A stretch of DNA of 64,000 nt from IMG/VR virus record IMGVR_UViG_3300028827_000129, positions 1 through 64,000 of that record. One strand, given 5' to 3'. The notes beneath the pieces are model-generated. The model worked only from the letters and a program-made list of their open reading frames with translations, was not told where the DNA came from and ran no database searches. This DNA comes from a virus. Position 1 is the first letter of the stretch. The number at the start of each line of letters is the position of its first letter. Shown here piece by piece: positions 61,703 through 64,000 of the stretch. The translations under genes were made by a program, and so were the position numbers.

Positions 61703-62029
61703 TTAAATCTCATTTACTTTAATACCTAAGTTATTGAATATCCATTCTGCAACTAAATGTCTATGACAAAACTTATCAGATCTTTCCCAACATAGAAGAA
61801 CTCTACCTTTCAAATCATTATAGACTTTTTCTGGATCCAACATATCCAGAACTTCTTTATAGTAACGTTCGGTATATATTTGAACATTACCAATTTTTTT
61901 ATATTGGGAAAGAATGCTCCATGTAGGAGCTAATATTTTATAAGATTTTCCTCTAAATCCATATGGTGCTTTCAAAGCAATACTTACACCGTTAGATCCT
62001 TTATATTTTGCAAAGTATGATGTATTCAT
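61703..62029 (-). CDS. DUF488-like protein
   Basis: TSYFA, LAPTW, LLCWE...FCHRHLVAEW. Confidence 0.75.
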   Translation of the reverse strand: MNTSYFAKYKGSNGVSIALKAPYGFRGKSYKILAPTWSILSQYKKIGNVQIYTERYYKEVLDMLDPEKVYNDLKGRVLLCWERSDKFCHRHLVAEWIFNNLGIKVNEI

Positions 62030-62034
62030 TTTAT

Positions 62035-62589
62035 TTACCTTTCTGTCAAGAATTCCATAATCCAGTTAAAATGTTGTTTAATGCCAAGATTCCATACATC
62101 AATCCCAAGATATTTTGCTACCTTTATTGCAAATCCAGTTCCTCCGGTTTCATGCCCCCATGGAGTCCAGCATATTACCATACTACTTTTTTTGTTTAAA
62201 TCCTTCCCAAGCAATTGGTTTATGTTTCTACTCATAAGGGCATGATACTTTGGATTTGAAAAAATCGCGGGGGGATTAGGATGAAACCGTGAAATCATTT
62301 CATCTGCAAACTCACTTGGAAACTCTGGTACTATATATCCTTTATATACATTAGCTATTCTTTCATTATAACCATTCCATGGCAGATATATTTCTTTTTT
62401 ATTCTCCCCATCTATACATCCTTTTTCAAATGCTGTATCTGCCCCTATAGCTCCTCCTGATCTTAACATTAAACCTTTTTTTGACAATTTGTATCCCAAT
62501 TGATACATCATTTTTAATATTTCCTTTGGAGTTTGTCTTGAACCTATACCAGTATAAGCATTAACACGATCCACAACATTTACCTCCAT
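62035..62589 (-). CDS. SLOG-family (DprA/YspA-like) nucleotide-binding protein
   Basis: YTGIGSR, LRSGGAIGAD, RN, GGTG. Confidence 0.8.
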   Translation of the reverse strand: MEVNVVDRVNAYTGIGSRQTPKEILKMMYQLGYKLSKKGLMLRSGGAIGADTAFEKGCIDGENKKEIYLPWNGYNERIANVYKGYIVPEFPSEFADEMISRFHPNPPAIFSNPKYHALMSRNINQLLGKDLNKKSSMVICWTPWGHETGGTGFAIKVAKYLGIDVWNLGIKQHFNWIMEFLTER

Positions 62590-62900
62590 TTAATTTTCTT
62601 ACTGCAACAGCTTCCTCTTTTGTGGGAGGCTTTCCAAGATCTACAAGTTCTTCAGCGTTTCTCTTTGCTTCTTCCATATCATTAGCATATACAGTGTATG
62701 TATGATCTTCGATAGCGATTGTATCAGCATCGAGAAAAACTTGTTTTCTTATAACAATGTCAAATGCAGGCATAATTTCTCCTTTTATAGAGAAATGTTG
62801 CTATTATAAAAAATCGGGGGGAAAAATATTGAAAAATCAACGATTTTTGAAAAATCGCGGGAAAAGAAATATTTTAGAAGATTTAAAGAGAAATTTTATT

Positions 62901-63992
62901 TCAAAAACCAAAATCTATAACTTTATCATTATTATTTTCTTTTTCACAATAAAATCTTTTTAATTCTTTTGCATCATTAAAAGCTTTCCATGCAATAAAA
63001 TGCAATCTTTTATTAAAACCTTTAAGATATTTATACATATCTTTTGGCATCAATATTTTCTTTTTATCAATCAATCTTCTGAAAACATTATAAATATCTT
63101 TTGTTTTATCAATTGCTTCAGGCTGAAAATATGCAAACTCATCTTCAAAGTAAAACGGTTCTTCAAGTTTTGCTTTACTTCTCACAATTTCGTTATGATA
63201 ATATATAGCAAAACTCGCAATATTCAGCAGAGAGAAAATCGCCATATCAATATTAGCGTTAAAATCGCGCAGAAAATTAAATCTCTCTTCTGTATTCATT
63301 TCTTCAAGCCTTAACATTTCTTCTTGACTTATTCTTTTAATATTTTTTGGCCAAATAAGAAATAAACTTTTATCTTTATTCTCAACAATCAAATTCAAGA
63401 TAAATTTTCTTTCTCTTTCTGTAACAGTCTTAAGTTTCTTAATGAAAATCTCTTTATAATATTCTTTTCTTTCTTCGCAATATATAATATAGTTTTCTAT
63501 TTCTTCTTTGACGTCTCTTGAATACATATAAAGATTCGGATTTGAAAATCGGAAAGTTGGATCTTCATCTTCGCCATAAACATAATGTCTTTCAACAAAT
63601 TCCGCGCAACACATTTCTGTTTTATTCTTATATTTTCTGATATTGTTTATAACAATGTCTTCATCAACATCATTCGGATCATAAAACTCATCAAATATCG
63701 TTTTTGCCATTTCTTCTTCATTGAAGAAATGATTTATAGCCTTTAAAGAATTCTCTTCACATTCGCCTCTGATGCTCTTCTCTTTGACAAATCCCTCATT
63801 TTCAAGTTCTTCAATAGCTTTTCCGTAAATGACAATTTCGCGGGGCGAAAGAGAAATGTTATTCAAAAAGAAAGAGACAAAACCATTTTTATCTCTTCTT
63901 ATAACACATCCCAATTTTTCAGCATAATCCAAAAGTCTTTTACACTCTTCTTCCGTAAACTCTTCATCTTTATATTGTAGTTCATTCACCAT
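62901..63992 (-). CDS. acidic hypothetical protein
   Basis: 363-aa ORF; no recognisable motif. Confidence 0.6.
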   Translation of the reverse strand: MVNELQYKDEEFTEEECKRLLDYAEKLGCVIRRDKNGFVSFFLNNISLSPREIVIYGKAIEELENEGFVKEKSIRGECEENSLKAINHFFNEEEMAKTIFDEFYDPNDVDEDIVINNIRKYKNKTEMCCAEFVERHYVYGEDEDPTFRFSNPNLYMYSRDVKEEIENYIIYCEERKEYYKEIFIKKLKTVTERERKFILNLIVENKDKSLFLIWPKNIKRISQEEMLRLEEMNTEERFNFLRDFNANIDMAIFSLLNIASFAIYYHNEIVRSKAKLEEPFYFEDEFAYFQPEAIDKTKDIYNVFRRLIDKKKILMPKDMYKYLKGFNKRLHFIAWKAFNDAKELKRFYCEKENNNDKVIDFGF

Positions 63993-64000
63993 TCTTATAT

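Noticed and set aside
62795-62840. sigma70 promoter for the right-end genes
   Set aside because: TATAAT is present on the minus strand but there is no acceptable -35 at 16-18 nt
6225-63314. Numerous short plus-strand ORFs in the track
   Set aside because: Antisense to well-supported minus-strand genes, no RBS, composition typical of shadow frames
1-64000. Genome-wide stop-codon reassignment
   Set aside because: Genes are full length under code 11; TGA and TAG end genes at tight junctions; only one in-frame UGA case found

Overview
A 64 kb segment of a large, AT-rich (~30% GC by eye) dsDNA bacteriophage genome, read with standard code 11. Nearly all genes lie on the minus strand. The exception is the 3' end of a plus-strand, Gly-repeat, tail-like structural gene (<1-1794). 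Reading the minus strand from right to left there are four blocks. (i) ~64-36 kb: small early/accessory genes, 7 tRNAs (one more, tRNA-Asn, lies at 12.5 kb), two tRNA-like RNAs, a probable large structured ncRNA, and a counter-defence kit (RtcB, Rnl1- and Rnl2-type RNA ligases, NAMPT + NadM-Nudix NAD salvage, macrodomain, SLOG). (ii) ~34-19 kb: an expanded phiEco32-like peptide-ligase cluster (COOH-NH2 ligases, ATP-grasp, two class II GATases, two C26 amidotransferases, GGCT) with a retron-like reverse transcriptase inside it. (iii) Nucleotide metabolism, recombination and replication genes: class II RNR, dUTPase, HU, RecA and an intein-less split DnaE. (iv) A papain-like protease and an intein-containing phosphoesterase. 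The best candidates for new biology are: the phage RT with two related structured non-coding elements sharing two motifs (29195-29318 and 22040-22250); a ~350-nt end-paired RNA behind a coiled-coil gene that holds a tRNA-like domain and ~13 heptamer repeats (47670-48020); a ~400-nt GNRA-rich ncRNA (55181-55585); an in-frame UGA readthrough adding a second FN3 domain (11818-12483); a 122-nt CCA-ending tRNA mimic; and a catalytically dead RtcB paralogue. All family assignments come from motif recognition by eye; no database searches were run.
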